DNA of 64,000 nucleotides from Strigamia acuminata (taxonomy: Eukaryota): contig OX442314.1 in NCBI GenBank assembly GCA_949358305.1, forward strand, positions 9,982,001 through 10,046,000. The letters are read 5' to 3'. Under the pieces are notes generated by a model. The model made no database searches. It saw only the letters and a list, made by a program, of their open reading frames with translations, and was not told the origin of the DNA. A program made the position numbers and the translations under genes. Below, one piece after another: positions 50,231 through 63,704 of the stretch; the first letter of the stretch is position 1, and each line of letters opens with the position of its first letter.

Positions 50231-52933
50231 TCAGGAAGTAAAACAACAAAACTTCTTCCACCCTTTACTCTTCTTAAATCCATGCTGGGAATGATTTTTC
50301 TCACACGAAAACGAGAACAAATTACTCATCTCAACGTTTTCCTTCGCCACCGTTTTCTTTCCTTTGCTTTTCCCGACCCCTAGCGCGAATTTGTGCAGCG
50401 AATTCTTCCTCTGCATCACCATCAAAATGGCCGTGTCGAACACTTCCTTGAGATGTTTCTGCGTCAGCGCCGAACATTCGATGTAGGCGGCCAATCCCAG
50501 CTTGTGCGCGAGCTGTCTGGCCTCGATTTCACTCACCGGTTGTTCCTTGTAATTGGCCAGTTCGATGAGCACTTTGACGTCACTGCGCAGATCGCACTGA
50601 GTTCCCACTAAGATCACCGGAGTTTGTGGGTTGTGGTGGCGGATTTCCGACACCCATTTGTCCGACACGTTGTAGAATGACGTAGGAGATACAACGCTGA
50701 AGCAGAGTAGGAAAATGTCCGTGTTTGGGTAGCATAGTGGACGAAGGCTGTCGAAATCGTCCTGGAATGGAGAGAAAAGGAGAATTTAGTTGTTTTTAAT
50801 GAGGTGTTGGTCGGTGGGGAGTTGCAAGTGGGGTAAATGCAGAGCGACACTTGCGAAACTCTCGTTTCGGGATCGTTTTATCTCGGAGTTTAGCTCGTTA
50901 GTCTCCAAATTCACTAAAATTTGTTGGAATTCGTCAAAATTTGTCGAAATTCGTCGAAATTTGTCAAAATTTAATAATATTTGTCAAAATTTAATAATAT
51001 TTGTCAAAGTTTAATAATATTTGTCGAAAGTCGTCGAAATTCGGTGAAATTTGTCGAAATGTAATAATATTTGTCGAAAGTCGTCGAAAGTCGTCGAAAT
51101 TCGGTGAAATTTGTCGAAATTCGTCAAAATTTGACGAAATGTAATATTTGTCGAAAGTCGTCGAAATTCGGCGAAATTCGTCAAAATTTGACGAAATGTA
51201 ATAATATTTGTCGAAAGTCGTCGAAATTCGGCGAAATTCGTCAAAATTTGTCGAAATGTAATATTTGTCGAAAGTCGTCGAAATTCGGCGAAATTCGTCA
51301 AAATTCGTCAAAATTCGTCGAAATTCGTCGAAATTTGTCGAAATTCGTCAAAATTTGTCGAAATTCGTCAAAATTTGTCGAAATTCGTCAAAATTTGTCG
51401 AAATTCGTCAAAATTTGTCGAAATTTAATAAAATTAGTCGAAATTCGTCAAAATCTGTCGAAATTCGTCAAAATTGTCGAAATTCGACAAAATTTTATGG
51501 AAATTCATCAAAAATTCATCAAAATTTCAATCAAATTTCATCAAATTTCATCAAATTTCATCAAATTTCATCAAAAATTCAACAAAATTCATCAAAAATT
51601 CATCAAAATTCATCAAAAATCCATCGAAATTTAGTCGAATTTCATCAAAACTTAGTCGAACTTAATAAAAATTCACTTGTCAAAATTCATAAAAATTCCG
51701 AGATATTGAATAAAACCTTCTCAAAAACATGTATATTCAAACAATTGTTTTCGGCTTCCCATTCCCCGCGTCACTCATATCATATCATATCACATCTCAT
51801 ATCCAGTATGCCCAAGGTGAGTGGAAAAAACATTCCCTCGATCGCCCTCCACAACATAATTACACGCCTTTCGCATTGCATCCGTTACAATACAAATCTG
51901 ACCTCATCTGAAAAACAATATGATTAATAGCACTCAAAATGCACAATAGAAAAATGTCTGAATTATTCATAAAGCACGTGACTCGCATTTATAAACTTTT
52001 AGAATTCAAATTAAACCTTCGCCGCCATCTTTTTTTTTAAATATATATATTTTTTTTTTTAAGAATAAAAACATGTCATAAATATCCACCTGACTGCGCA
52101 ACATCTTTCATTTTTAACCCATTCTGCGCACCGAGACTACGCATAACCGCCATTTATGGATTGACCGATCCGACGTTGGAACGAGGCCAATTCGAACCCG
52201 ATCACCCAGCGGGACCGAGTTTTCTACAGGTCACGGTTACATATTTCTTGTTACACTTACAAAATTAAAAATTCTTTTAAAAAAAAATTAAAAAAATTGT
52301 TTCCGCATTTCTCGCTTTGCACCTTTCGCCCGGTCCAACAATATTTAGATCCGACTTTCCCACCCATAAATCCCACCCGTTCACCTCATAATTTCCCAGA
52401 ATACCAAACCGCACGTAACAATCTGACTAATCTCTAAAAATAAATCCAAAAAAAAAAAATTAAATTTGGACCGGTCCATTTATTCCCATCTAAAAATACA
52501 CACGTTACATAAGACCTTTTAAAGATCCCCAAAAACCACAAATTACACATTAGAAAAAATAAAACCCAAACCAAAAAAATAAAAAAAACGAACCGGTCCA
52601 AAAATCCTATCTAAAAATTACCTGTCCCGCCGTATCACATAGCTGTAGCCTCACGGGATGCTCGTCAACCGTCACGACCACTGCAAATCAATATAAATCA
52701 CAATAAATCCCAAAAAAATCCGATTTTAAATCAATTTTACCGTTATAATTATCGAAAGCCGTCGGCACGTATTCGGTCGGATATCCATTCGTCGTGTAAC
52801 TGACAACTAAACTCGTTTTACCGACCGCTCCGTCTCCGACTAAAACGCACTTGACACGGCTTTCCAAGTTCACTTTGTTATAGTTTCGAGTTTCGCATTT
52901 CAAGTAGGCCTGGTCCCGGGATAGCGGCGGCAT
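50231..52933 (-). CDS. RHOU: Atypical Rho GTPase RhoU/RhoV (Wrch-1/Chp family)
   Basis: Exons 52933-52741, 52680-52622, 50761-50231: [98 protein letters not shown]. Confidence 0.95.
50925..51660. repeat. Intronic repeat of 10-bp aaattcgtcg/aaatttgtcg units with ~60-bp higher-order blocks
   Basis: Direct tandem copies in RhoU intron 2. Confidence 0.9.
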
Positions 52934-53523
52934 AGCACTTGGCACTTTGCAGGCAAAAGTTCAATTGCACTTCACCTCAGACAAAGTCGGGTCATCTCAA
53001 CGGCACTTTGTAGCTAATTAAAACGGTTAAAGAATCGTAAAAACACACGATTTATGGCTCGTTAATCATAATCGATGTCGGGAAGTTCGTGGACACACTT
53101 TAAAACACTTTTTCAAGTTGCGATCCGGGTAACAACTCGCAACTTGTTGACCGCGTCAGGACTCACTCGTGTTTAAACACTTTCGTGTTGATGCATCGGC
53201 TTTATGCGTGACGGCGGGTCACGTGGTTTCGGAGGAGATGTTTTGCCGCTAGATGGTGGTAGTGGATGGTTGAAAAATGGCGGATTTGATGGTTTTGTTT
53301 ATTTTGGTCGTTTTGGTTAATAAAAACGTTTTGTTAATGTGATTTTGGATGTTTTTATGATTGGATGTGGTAAATAAAGGAGTGAATTAACTTCGGTGTA
53401 CTGATTGAATAGTAAATTTATTCGTGGTCCGCAAATAAACAAAAGATTTGAAGGATTTAAGTTCCCTCGAATGGAACGCATTAGATGACAGCATGTTAAC
53501 GAAAAATAAAAATTATTCTGTTC

Positions 53524-56500
53524 TCATTTTACAAGTCCCAATTTCTTAGCTTCTATTTCATAAATTAGTAATCGCCACATTTTGACGACAAAAACTTCGG
53601 CTTCTTCGTCTAGAACCTGAAATTTGGTGGCAATTTGATGAGAATTTGATGAGAATTCGATGCGAGTATTTGAAGAATTTGATTTTTACCATTTGAACGT
53701 CGTCTAAAATACACTGTGGTGTACTTCCTAGCATAACTTTGGAGCAAATAAAATCGACCAACGTTGGCTCTTCTTCGCCTATGTACTCTACAATTTTCTT
53801 GTTTATCCATGGTTTTATCCTTCTCTCCATTAAGTTCTAGAAAAATCAAAAAAGGGAATTAGAATTCGGGTTTTTTGGGATATTTTCGTGTAGGAAATGT
53901 CAAGGTTTAATTTTTGATCAAAATAAATGGATTTTTATCAAATTTTGATCAAAAAAATTAAAATTTTATCAAATTTTGATTCAAATAACTGAAATTTCAT
54001 CAATTTTTGATCAAAATAATTGAAATTTTATCTAATTTTGATCAAAACAATTGAAATTTTATCTAATTTTGATCAAAATAACAAAAATTTACCAAAATTT
54101 GATTAAAATCACTAAAATTTCATCAAATTTTGATCAAAATAATCAAATTTTGATAAAAATAATTGAAATCTCACCAAAATTTGATAAAAATAATTAAAAT
54201 CTCACAAAAATTTGATAAAAATAATTAAAATCTCACAAAAATTTGATCAAAATAATTAAAATTTTATCAATTTTTGATAAAAAAAATTAAAATCTCACCA
54301 AAATTTGATCAAAATAATTAAAATTTTATCAATTTTTGATCAAAATAATTAAAATCTTACCAAAATTTGATCAAAATAATTAAAATTTCATCATTTTTTG
54401 ATAAAAAATAATTGAATTATCAATTTTTTATCAAAAAACCCTCCTTCTACCCAATTTACATTATCAACAAGTGTCCAGTCGATGCCATATGCAAAGAGTT
54501 TATCTTTTTCTGTCGGAATTTTATCGATTAAATTTTTAATGTGCTTTCTTTTCTCTTCCTGATTCGCTGAAGTCGCCGTCGTGGCGCCTGTCGTATTCGT
54601 ACTATTATTTGAATTGGGTTGAGCAACCGCTTTCTTCTCTTCATCGGTGTATTCTGAAATTCAAAAACTAAATTAACGTCAAACACTCAAAACAATTTTT
54701 TTTTCAAATACCTAATGGAACTAATTTCCGTTTACGAGGCTGCGAATCATTACTATCATCCTCGTCTTGATTGAAAAATTCACCGGCAACCAATTTTTTC
54801 CTTTTCGTCGAGGAATGATGCGTCTGATTCGGAGACGTAGCTTCAAAAACAAAAACAAAAACCTTTAAAATCTTAAATTAAAATTAATTTTTACCTATTA
54901 AACGCTATTATCTATTTAAACGTCAAATATTGCAATTTAAACGTTAATTTTTCAGTTTAAACGTTAATTTTTCAGTTTAAACATTAAAATTTCTGTTTAA
55001 ACGTTAAATATTGCAATTTAAACGTTAATTTCACTGTTTAAAAATTAAATTTTCAGGTCAAACGTTAATTTTTGCAATTTAAGCCGTAATTTTCTAGTTA
55101 AACGTTAATTTTGCATTAACGTTAAAATTTAAGCTGTAACGTTAAAATCTGAGTTTTAACGTTAAAATCTGAGTTTTAACGTTAAAATCTGAGTTTTAAC
55201 GTTAAAATCTGAGTTTTAACCTCCATTTTTCCAGATAAAACGTTAAACTTATGAGTTTTAACGTTAAACTGTGACTTTTAACGTTAAACTAACTTTAAAC
55301 GCTAAACTGACTTTTAACGCTAAACTGACTTTTAACGCTAAACTGACTTTTAACGCTAAACTGACTTTTAACGCTAAACTTTAAATTTTAACGTTAAACT
55401 TTAAATTTTAACGTTAAACTTTAAATTTTAACGTTAAACTTTAAATTTTAACGTTAAACTTTAAATTTTAACGTTAAACTTGGTTTTAACATTAAACTTT
55501 AAGTTTTAACGTTAAATTTTTAATTCAAACGTTAAATTTTCAGTTCCAACGTTAACTTTTGTAATTTCAACGTAAATAAATGTTTAAAAAAAGTTGATTT
55601 TTACCCAATTTCAGACCAGTAAAACCGAGTTTTACTTTAGTCTCTTCTTTCGGCGTCGTAATAAGATCCGAAAAGCCAGAAAGACTATTTTGCGTTGTAT
55701 CATCGACGACCTCCATCGCTTTGTTCCGGGCTTTAATCACCTCCGGATCAACCAACGGCAACGTAACCGTCGTCTTCGGTTTAAACTCCCGCTCTTCGCC
55801 CGTTAACTCCACCTTAACACGCGGTTTAAACTGTTCCTCCCGCTCCTTTTTGATCTACCAACATTAAACAAACGTTCATTAACCTTACCAACCAACCACC
55901 AATTAAAAATATTCACATTTTTTACCCTTTCAAATTCCGCAGTTGGGTCCGCGTGACCTTCCTCCATTAATTTCTGTTTTAGTTCCTCGAGTTCCTCTTT
56001 CTCCCTCTGCCGGTCCCGGTTGTCGTTTTCGATTTCTTTCTCGTGTTCCTTCAGTCGGCGCGACAAAGCGCTTCCTCTGATGGCAACAAATTCAATTTTG
56101 AGTTTATTTATTTTTATTTTATTTTGTTTTATTTTTTTACTTGTAGTATTTGGGGTCATCTCTTTCGTCGTCGTAGTCTTCGAGAAATTCTTTTAGTCGT
56201 TTGGCTTCTTTTGCTTCGTCGTTTCTCCTTTCTTCGTCTTTTTCCTTCTCTTTTTCATATTCCCGCGACTTTTTTCGTTCTCTGGCTTCCCAGTTCCGCA
56301 GTCTCTGTGCGAGTTAACGGGGAAAACAAACTGTTAGAAACGAGTTTTATTTGGTAGTTGATTTTAAAAACATGCAAAAGTATTTTTTTTTAATATTTTT
56401 GGGATTATAATATATTTCTAGCATTTGTTTACTTTGAAATGAGAAATATGTCGAAATTTCTGCAAAAAAGTGAGAAAAATGTCGAAATTATTGCGTAAAA

Positions 56501-59500
56501 CGCAGACAATTTTCAAATTTATTGCATAAAACCGAAAAATTTATCGAAATTAATGCATACAACCGAGAAAAATGTCGAAATTTATGCGTAAAACCCAGAA
56601 AATATTGGAAATTAATGCATAAAACCGAGAGAACAGTCGAAATTATGACTTAAAACCGAGAAATTTATCGAAATTAATGCACAAAACCAAGAAATTTATC
56701 GAAATTAATGCATAAAACCGAGAAATTTATCGAAATTATTTCATAAAACCGAGAAATTTATCGAAATTAATGCGAAATTATTTCATAAAACCGAGAAATT
56801 TATCGAAATTAATGCATAAAACCGAGAAATTTATCGAAATTAATGCATAAAACCGGAAAATTTATCGAAATTAATGCATAAAACCGAGAAATTTATCGAA
56901 ATTAATGCATAAAGCCGAGAAATTTAACGAAATTAATGCATAAAACCGAGAAAAATGTCGAAATTAATGCATAAAACCCAGAAAATATTCGAAATTATTG
57001 CATAAACCCGAGAAAAATTCTCTAAATATTTCCTAAAACACGAAATTTCTTATCCCAGTCCAAACTCTTTATAACGAATCGCGATATAACGAATTATCAA
57101 TATAACAAATACCTAAAAATGGCTCGTTTAGTTGACTAGACATAAAACACCACGTCAAAAAATTTCGATACAACAAATTCTCGTTACAACGAATTCATTT
57201 TTCGGGTCACTTGCAGATTCCTTATAAAGACTTTCGACTGAAACTTGACCAACATTTCAAACATTTTGCTAAAACAAAACATTTCTCCAAATTTCCATTT
57301 ACTAACAACAAATTCTATCACAATCACCACTTAAAACGACATAATTCTAAATTCTTCATCCAAAAACGATAAAAAAAACACACCAAAAACTCTTTAACCA
57401 CCCCATAAGACGACGCACCTCCTGATAAGCCGCTTCCTTCTCCCTCAACTTTCTCTCCAACTTCTTCCTCTCGTACGCCTCTTCCTCCTCCTCTCGCTCC
57501 CTCTCGAAGTCCTTATCCCGCTGCTTCAACTTGTCGTAATCCGCCTCTCTGTCCCTGTCTTTGGACCGCTCTCTCGATCGTGATCTCGACCTCGAATGAT
57601 GTCTTTGAATGGGTTCGCGTAGTCTTTCTGGCGTGCGATTCCTCAGCCTGTTGCTCTCCTTTTCCCGCCTGTCGCGGTCCCGCTCTCCCCGGTCGCCGCG
57701 ATCCTTATCCCGCCTCTCCTTGTCCTTTTCTCTTCGTTCGCGGTCCCTCTCCTTCTCTTCTTCTTGTTTCTGCAAAGACAAGTCGGATTTCGATCCAATT
57801 TTAATAAATCTCACAAAAAATAAACAAAAAAATAAATAAATCCAAAAAAAAAAAAAAAAAACACATAAAAACGACAGAAATTCATGGACTTCCGGTTCAA
57901 AACGTGACGGAAACCGCAAAAAAATCCGCCATTTTTAATTTTTTTTTCTATATACCTTTTTTCTTTCAATTTTATTACAAAACTTAGCGAATAAAACCGT
58001 GAAACCAAAGTGTGTCCATGTTTGATTTCTACAGACACATCTTAGGTCCCTAAAACGAGGATAAAACGAGGATAAAACGAAACAAAACCCTATAAGACAC
58101 GCACGACAGCAAAGAAAACGATATAAAATGTTCCAAGTTGCACTACAAATGTTAATTTCGCACACAAAATCAAATCAAATCAAATCAAATCAAATCAAAT
58201 CATACCTTCCGTGTCCTTGCTTCGTATTTCAATATTTTTAGCTTTACACAATTGTTTTTTTAACTCTTAAAATCTTATTTAATCAATTCAACGCGTCAAG
58301 GAAGGGAGTGAGAGCTTTTCGAGTGCAACTTGAAGTTGTCTTCCGGTTCCTGTAAAATAAAACAGCCAACCACAAACTAGATGCCAACAAACCCTCCCTC
58401 CAACTCCTCTCACTTACATGCCCATCAAAACATGCAAATTATGTCAAATATATCAAAAATTAGGCTTAACTCACCCAACAAAAACTGTCGCCGCCATTTT
58501 CTTTTTCTATTTTCTAGTTTTTTTTTTACCTTAACTTGCATCAATCTTGCCGAGTTTCTGACTTAAACCTAATCTAAAACACCCGAAGTGAATCACCACC
58601 CAAAAAACAAAATGGCGCCCTGTTTAAAAATTAAACGGGGCCCGAAATGCGTTTTGGGGCTTGTGGGGCCCTTTTACTCAATGAATATTCAAGTTAAAGG
58701 CTCAAATTGTTTGTTTTTCTTTTAAATTTTGCAAATTTGGGGTTTAATCGCGGATTTTGAAGCGCGAGAACATTTAGATCGACGATGTTTCACCATGGCC
58801 GCCACAACTGTCGATTTTTTTTTACATTTTTTGGACTTTCGAGTTCCAATTTTCGTTAAATTTACAGGAAAAATGTATTTTTGAGAGGAAAAATGTATTT
58901 TTGGGTGAAAAAATCCATTTCGGGTGAGTGTTTTAAGCTTCTTACCGCATAACTACAAAACATGACTGGAAGAACCGATCCCAGCACAGTTGTGAATTAC
59001 ATCCGGGTTTCAACCTCGACCCGAAAACCACCTCCACAACTATCCCGCGCCATGTTTTGTAACTATCAACTGCCCACAAACACTAAAAGCCGATACAAAA
59101 CCACCAAAACGTCAACAAAACACAATTGAAACGAATAAAAAATGAAAATAATAAAATAAAAAAATGAAAATAAAAATAAATAAAATAATATCCAATTTCC
59201 TACCTTTCTAACAGGCAACCATAGCACTCCCGCACTAAATTTTAAATCTCACGGCGCCCTAGCGCCATAAACGAAAGAAAACAAACCAGCTGAGCTACCA
59301 AAACCCAAATTAGACTTCGAATACTTGACCAATTTTCTTTTAAAATAACATTAAATTGATAGTAGGAGAAAGTTTTATTTGTTTACTCACCAGTTCCTAG
59401 ACAAAAACAAACAGCTTATGCGCATGTGTAGGAGCAGATGCTCGGCTGATAGCACCAACTCAACGATAATGCCTATTGATTTGGGAATTACAACAATTGC

Positions 59501-61562
59501 TCAGCTCAAAAATGGCGTAAGGACGAGTTCATATTATATATTTATTATATATATATATCTTTTTTTCAATTATTTTAATTTAAAAATTGCTTTTCTATTA
59601 TCTATCTTAATTTAAAAAATTTTAAAAACAATAAATAAGAAGAAAAAAAATAAAATAATAAAAAAAATCCAAAAAATCGACGAATAAAATCGAAAAAAAT
59701 GAAAATAATCGATAAAAAAATTTCAATTTTTCAAACAAAAGTTAGGAATTATCTCGCCAACGCAGTAAAAAAAATAAAATAAACAAAACGATAGATTTTT
59801 CTCTATTTTTGGGATATTTTTATCAAAAAACATAAATACGCGGAGCGAAAAAGCGAGAATTTACCTTCATAGTGTCCCGAAATTTTCCAATTTCTCGATG
59901 AATTAGATTTTTCTTATCTTCTTCTAAATCCATTTCATCCAAATTCTAAAAAACAGAAAAATTTAAAAAAAAAATTAGAAAAAAATTGAAAAACGTGCAA
60001 AATTGACTTAAACTAACATCTTTGGCTTCGCCATCAGCACCATTGCCACCCTGGCCACTTATTTTCAAAAGTGCTTCCTGCGCTCTCGATAATTTCTTTC
60101 GAGGTGAATCTAAAATGATAATTGTGGTGTGCGGGTATGAGACACTCACCGTTCGCTTGACCAAATTGGCCGGACTCAAAGCTCCATCTTTACCATTAGC
60201 TACGACCGAGCGGGACAACTCGTGTTCGTGTTCGCGCAGCGTGGCTTCGATGCCGGCTCGCGCGACGCGGTCTTCCCGTTTTGTATCCTCGTCGAGGTCG
60301 TCGTCGGTGTCGGCGGCGATCACTTCCGTCACGTCTTGGTCTCGTTTCGCTTTTTTCGACGCTTTGTATTCGTCGAGCTGGAGTTTTGTTTTCGCGTCCA
60401 CTTTGACCTGGAGGAAAAAATACGGTCAAATCGATTGGTTTGCAAGATTTTTGGGGTTAAATCAATTGATTTTGAAGTATTTAGGGGTAAAATGAATAAA
60501 ACTTGAGGTATTTTGATGTGAAATGAATTAAATTTGGGATATTTTGGAGTAAAATGAATTAAATTTGGGGTATTGTAGGATAAAATAAATTTATTTTGAA
60601 GTATTTTGGGGTATTTTAGGATAAAATGAATTTATTTTGAAGTCTTTTGGGGTATTTTAGGATAAAATGAATTTATTTTCAAGTATTTTGGGGCAAAATG
60701 AAGTATTTAGGGGCAAAATAAAGTTTTTAGGGGCAAAATAAAGTTTTTAGGAGCAAAATGAAGTATTTAGAAGCAAAATGAAGTATTTAGGGGCAAAATA
60801 AAGTGTTTTGGGGCAAAATGAATTAATTTTTGGTGTAAAATAATTTTGGATAAAAGAACTTGTTTTTGGATAATGTAATTCTGAGTTTTATACGATTAAT
60901 TCAATGGATTCAATTTCTGTTTAAAATATTAATTGTAATATTGAAAATTGATGTTTTATGCAGGTTATTTGTCCAATTTTGGTCGAAAAATTGAATTTGT
61001 AGTCGAAAAATTGAATTTGTAGTCGAAAAATTGAATTTGTAGTCGAAAAATTGAATTTGTACTCGAAAAATTGAATTTGTTGTCGAAAAATTGAATCTGT
61101 ACATAAAAATTTAAACTTTTGACTTAAAAATTAAAAAATAGATTGAAAAAATTCGTCTTCTACTAGAAAAATTCAATCTACGCAAAAAAATTCAATTTTC
61201 GATGCCAAATAATCAATTTCAACTCGAAAAAACTCAACTTCCACAAAAAAAAACTCTACACAAACCCACTCCAATGCAAACAACACTGCCCCCAACACAC
61301 ACAAACCAAAAAAAAAAAAAACAACAACCAATTCCATCTCAAACTTACCACTAATTTCTTATCTCCTATCTCCCAATCATGTAACAGACGAATAGCACGT
61401 AAACCTGATTCCGGATCTGCATATTCACAAAACCCAAAAGCTAAAAAAAACAAAAAAAAACCAATCAAAACCAAACCCAAACAAACCAAAACAAAACAAA
61501 ACCACCTTGCAACCGACCCGACGCACCCTGAACTCTCTTCCAACTCACAACCGAACCACACC

Positions 61563-61614
<52 letters not shown>

Positions 61615-62185
61615 ACAAAAATTCCAAAACATCCACAACCACAACTCAACCTGCAACAACGTCTTTATCATATTATCCGACGCTCTATCCGTAATATTCC
61701 CAACGAAAACCGTAATAGTCGGACCTCCTCCCAACCTCCGAAAATCGTCAATCTAAAAAAAACCAAAAAAAACCAAAAAAATCAACAAAAATCAACAAAA
61801 ATCAACAAAAATCAACAAAAAAAACTACTTTTTGACCAGGCATCATCGGGGGCATCGGTTTCTTGCCCATCGGGGGCCTCGAATTAAGAGGAACTGGCGG
61901 CATTGGCATTCCAGGCGGCATAATCTGCACAGAATTCAACACAATTAACAAAATTTCCAATTTCTCGCTCTCTTTTCATCATTACGGATGCTGGCATTAC
62001 TCCTATTGGCATCATGGGTGCTAGAGAAAACGAGAAAAAGCGTTTTAGCGTCGATTTTAACGTCGTTTTAACCGTTTTCGCATCAACTTACGCATTGGTG
62101 GCAACGTGTATCCAGGTGGGAGCATTCCTGGAGGCATCGGCGGCATCCCAGGCATCGGCATATGATGTCTGGGAGGGAATGACAT
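53524..62185 (-). CDS. RBM25: RNA-binding protein 25 (RRM, RE/RD-rich region, PWI domain), multi-exon
   Basis: MSFPP.. start at 62185; GPTITVFVGNITDRASD..SWKRVQGASGRLQAFGFCEYADPESGLRAIRLLHDWEIGDKKLVVKVDAKTK..ERKKLERKLREKEAAYQE..FLEDYDDERDDPKYY..PWI: MERRIKPWINKKIVEYIGEEEPTLVDFICSK..VLDEEAEVFVVKMWRLLIYE..GLVK*. Confidence 0.96.
54900..55560. repeat. Intronic aacgtt/ttaa-core minisatellites (18-20-bp units)
   Basis: Several adjacent sub-arrays, e.g. gttaaaatctgagttttaac and acgttaaactttaaatttta. Confidence 0.88.
57056..57240. mobile_element. pogo/Tigger-like (Tc1/mariner) MITE in an RBM25 intron
   Basis: 25-bp TIRs CAGTCCAAACTCTTTATAACGAATC vs reverse complement CAGTCGAAAGTCTTTATAAGGAATC (22/25), internal tataacga repeats; TA target duplication not preserved. 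Confidence 0.75.
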
Positions 62186-62671
62186 CACCGGTTGTTCAGT
62201 GTCTTGTTTGGAAAAAAAGATATCGAGTTTATTTCAACTTATTAGGCGATTAGGGTTAAGTTTATTGTCGTTTTTGGTGGTGATCGCGGTAGAGTGGTGA
62301 TTAAAATGGCGGAGGGGAATGGCGGGGGATATCGAGCGGGGTTGGAGATTTGGGGTGTACTTACATAAATGCACGGTAAGTAGCGTCAAACGGGCACAGC
62401 TATCACAGCAAATTATCACTCCAAATACAACAAATATGGAGGACGCCAGGAATGACGATACGATCGAGACTGCATCAAGAAGTGGTGCGCTGATTGGTCG
62501 AGATTAGGAAATGATTTGTTCTGGTGGTAGGGTTGGAGTTACGTCATTTCGCCGTCTGGTGGTGGGGAATGGTTGCGGAAAATATGGCGGGTGGTTTTGA
62601 ATGAATGAAATTGAATTTTTTTTGTTTTTGTTTGATTTATTGTTTGTTATGGATACAAAAATTGTTTTTTA

Positions 62672-63704
62672 TTAAAGTTTGGATGTAAATAAAGGATGGG
62701 TCATAACTTGGTCGCACGTTATTCTGTCTTTGGGTGATATTTGTAGTAATTTACAGACCAAATCGTTCGCTAGAGGCTGAAAATGAAAAATAAAGTTAAT
62801 TCTATTAATTATTTTTTAATACATTAAATAACCTAAATGCTCTAATAAAACGTTCTTGATCAGTTTAGACATTTATTTTAGTCGTTGGCTATAGGATTTC
62901 TTATTTTCAACGTTTTTAAATTGATTTTTCATCATTTTAGACGTTTTTAAATTAATTTTTCATCATTTTAGACGTTTTTAAATTCATTTTTCATCATTTT
63001 AGACGTTTTTAAATTCATTTTTCATCATTTTAGAAGTTTTTAAATTAATTTTTCATCATTTTAGACGTTTTTAAATTCATTTTTCATCATTTTAGACGTT
63101 TTTAAATTCATTTTCCATCATTTTAGACATTGAATGGGCATCCCGCGATCTATTAGAGCATTTACAATAATTAACGGACATCGACGGGGTGTTTATGGCC
63201 TCTTTTCCAAATGATATCTTTTTTCTGGATATTTATTATCGTATCGTTCGCTGCGTGACCTGGGAATGGTAAACAACGGTTCCAAAGTGCGTAAATGACG
63301 ACACCCAACGACCACAAATCGGCGGATATTCCGCAAATTAAACGTCCCTAAAATGAAATAATTTTATTTCTCGTTTAGCCTGATTTAAATAATTAGGTTT
63401 TGGTCACTGTAAGGAGTTCTGGGGCCGCGTAGGCTTTGGTGCAAGATGATGGGGAATTAAATTCGATGTTTTTCCACGCGAATCCGATGTCGGTTAATTT
63501 GATGTTGAGTTTGCAGTTGAGTAGAATGTTTTCGAGTTTCAAGTCGCAGTGCGAAAGTCTCTGGTTGTGGAGGTATTTCAAGGCGCTCGTTATTTGCCAG
63601 CACCAGCATCGGACTATTAGAGGGAATACTGATTTGTATTTTTCTTCGTTTTGGATGAATTGTTGGATGTCGCCTTGGCAAGCGAATTGGGTGATGAAAA
63701 ACAC
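62672..63704 (-). CDS. Divergent Ser/Thr protein kinase (CAMK/TSSK-like), 3' part; 5' end beyond window
   Basis: Exons ~63704-63408, 63347-63180, 62776-62672: QITSALKYLHNQRLSHCDLKLENILL..IKLTDIGFA..AYAAPELL..ADLWSLGVVIY..LPF..DLVCKLLQISPKDRITCDQVMTHPLF..*. Confidence 0.85.
62900..63130. repeat. Intronic minisatellite, 31-bp unit (ttttagacgtttttaaattcatttttcatca)
   Basis: ~7 tandem copies. Confidence 0.92.

Noticed and set aside
61566..61611. Long poly(A) as a retrocopy tail (also 15297 poly-T, 28746)
   Set aside because: Lies in an intron as the minus-strand polypyrimidine tract; no retroposed body or target duplication
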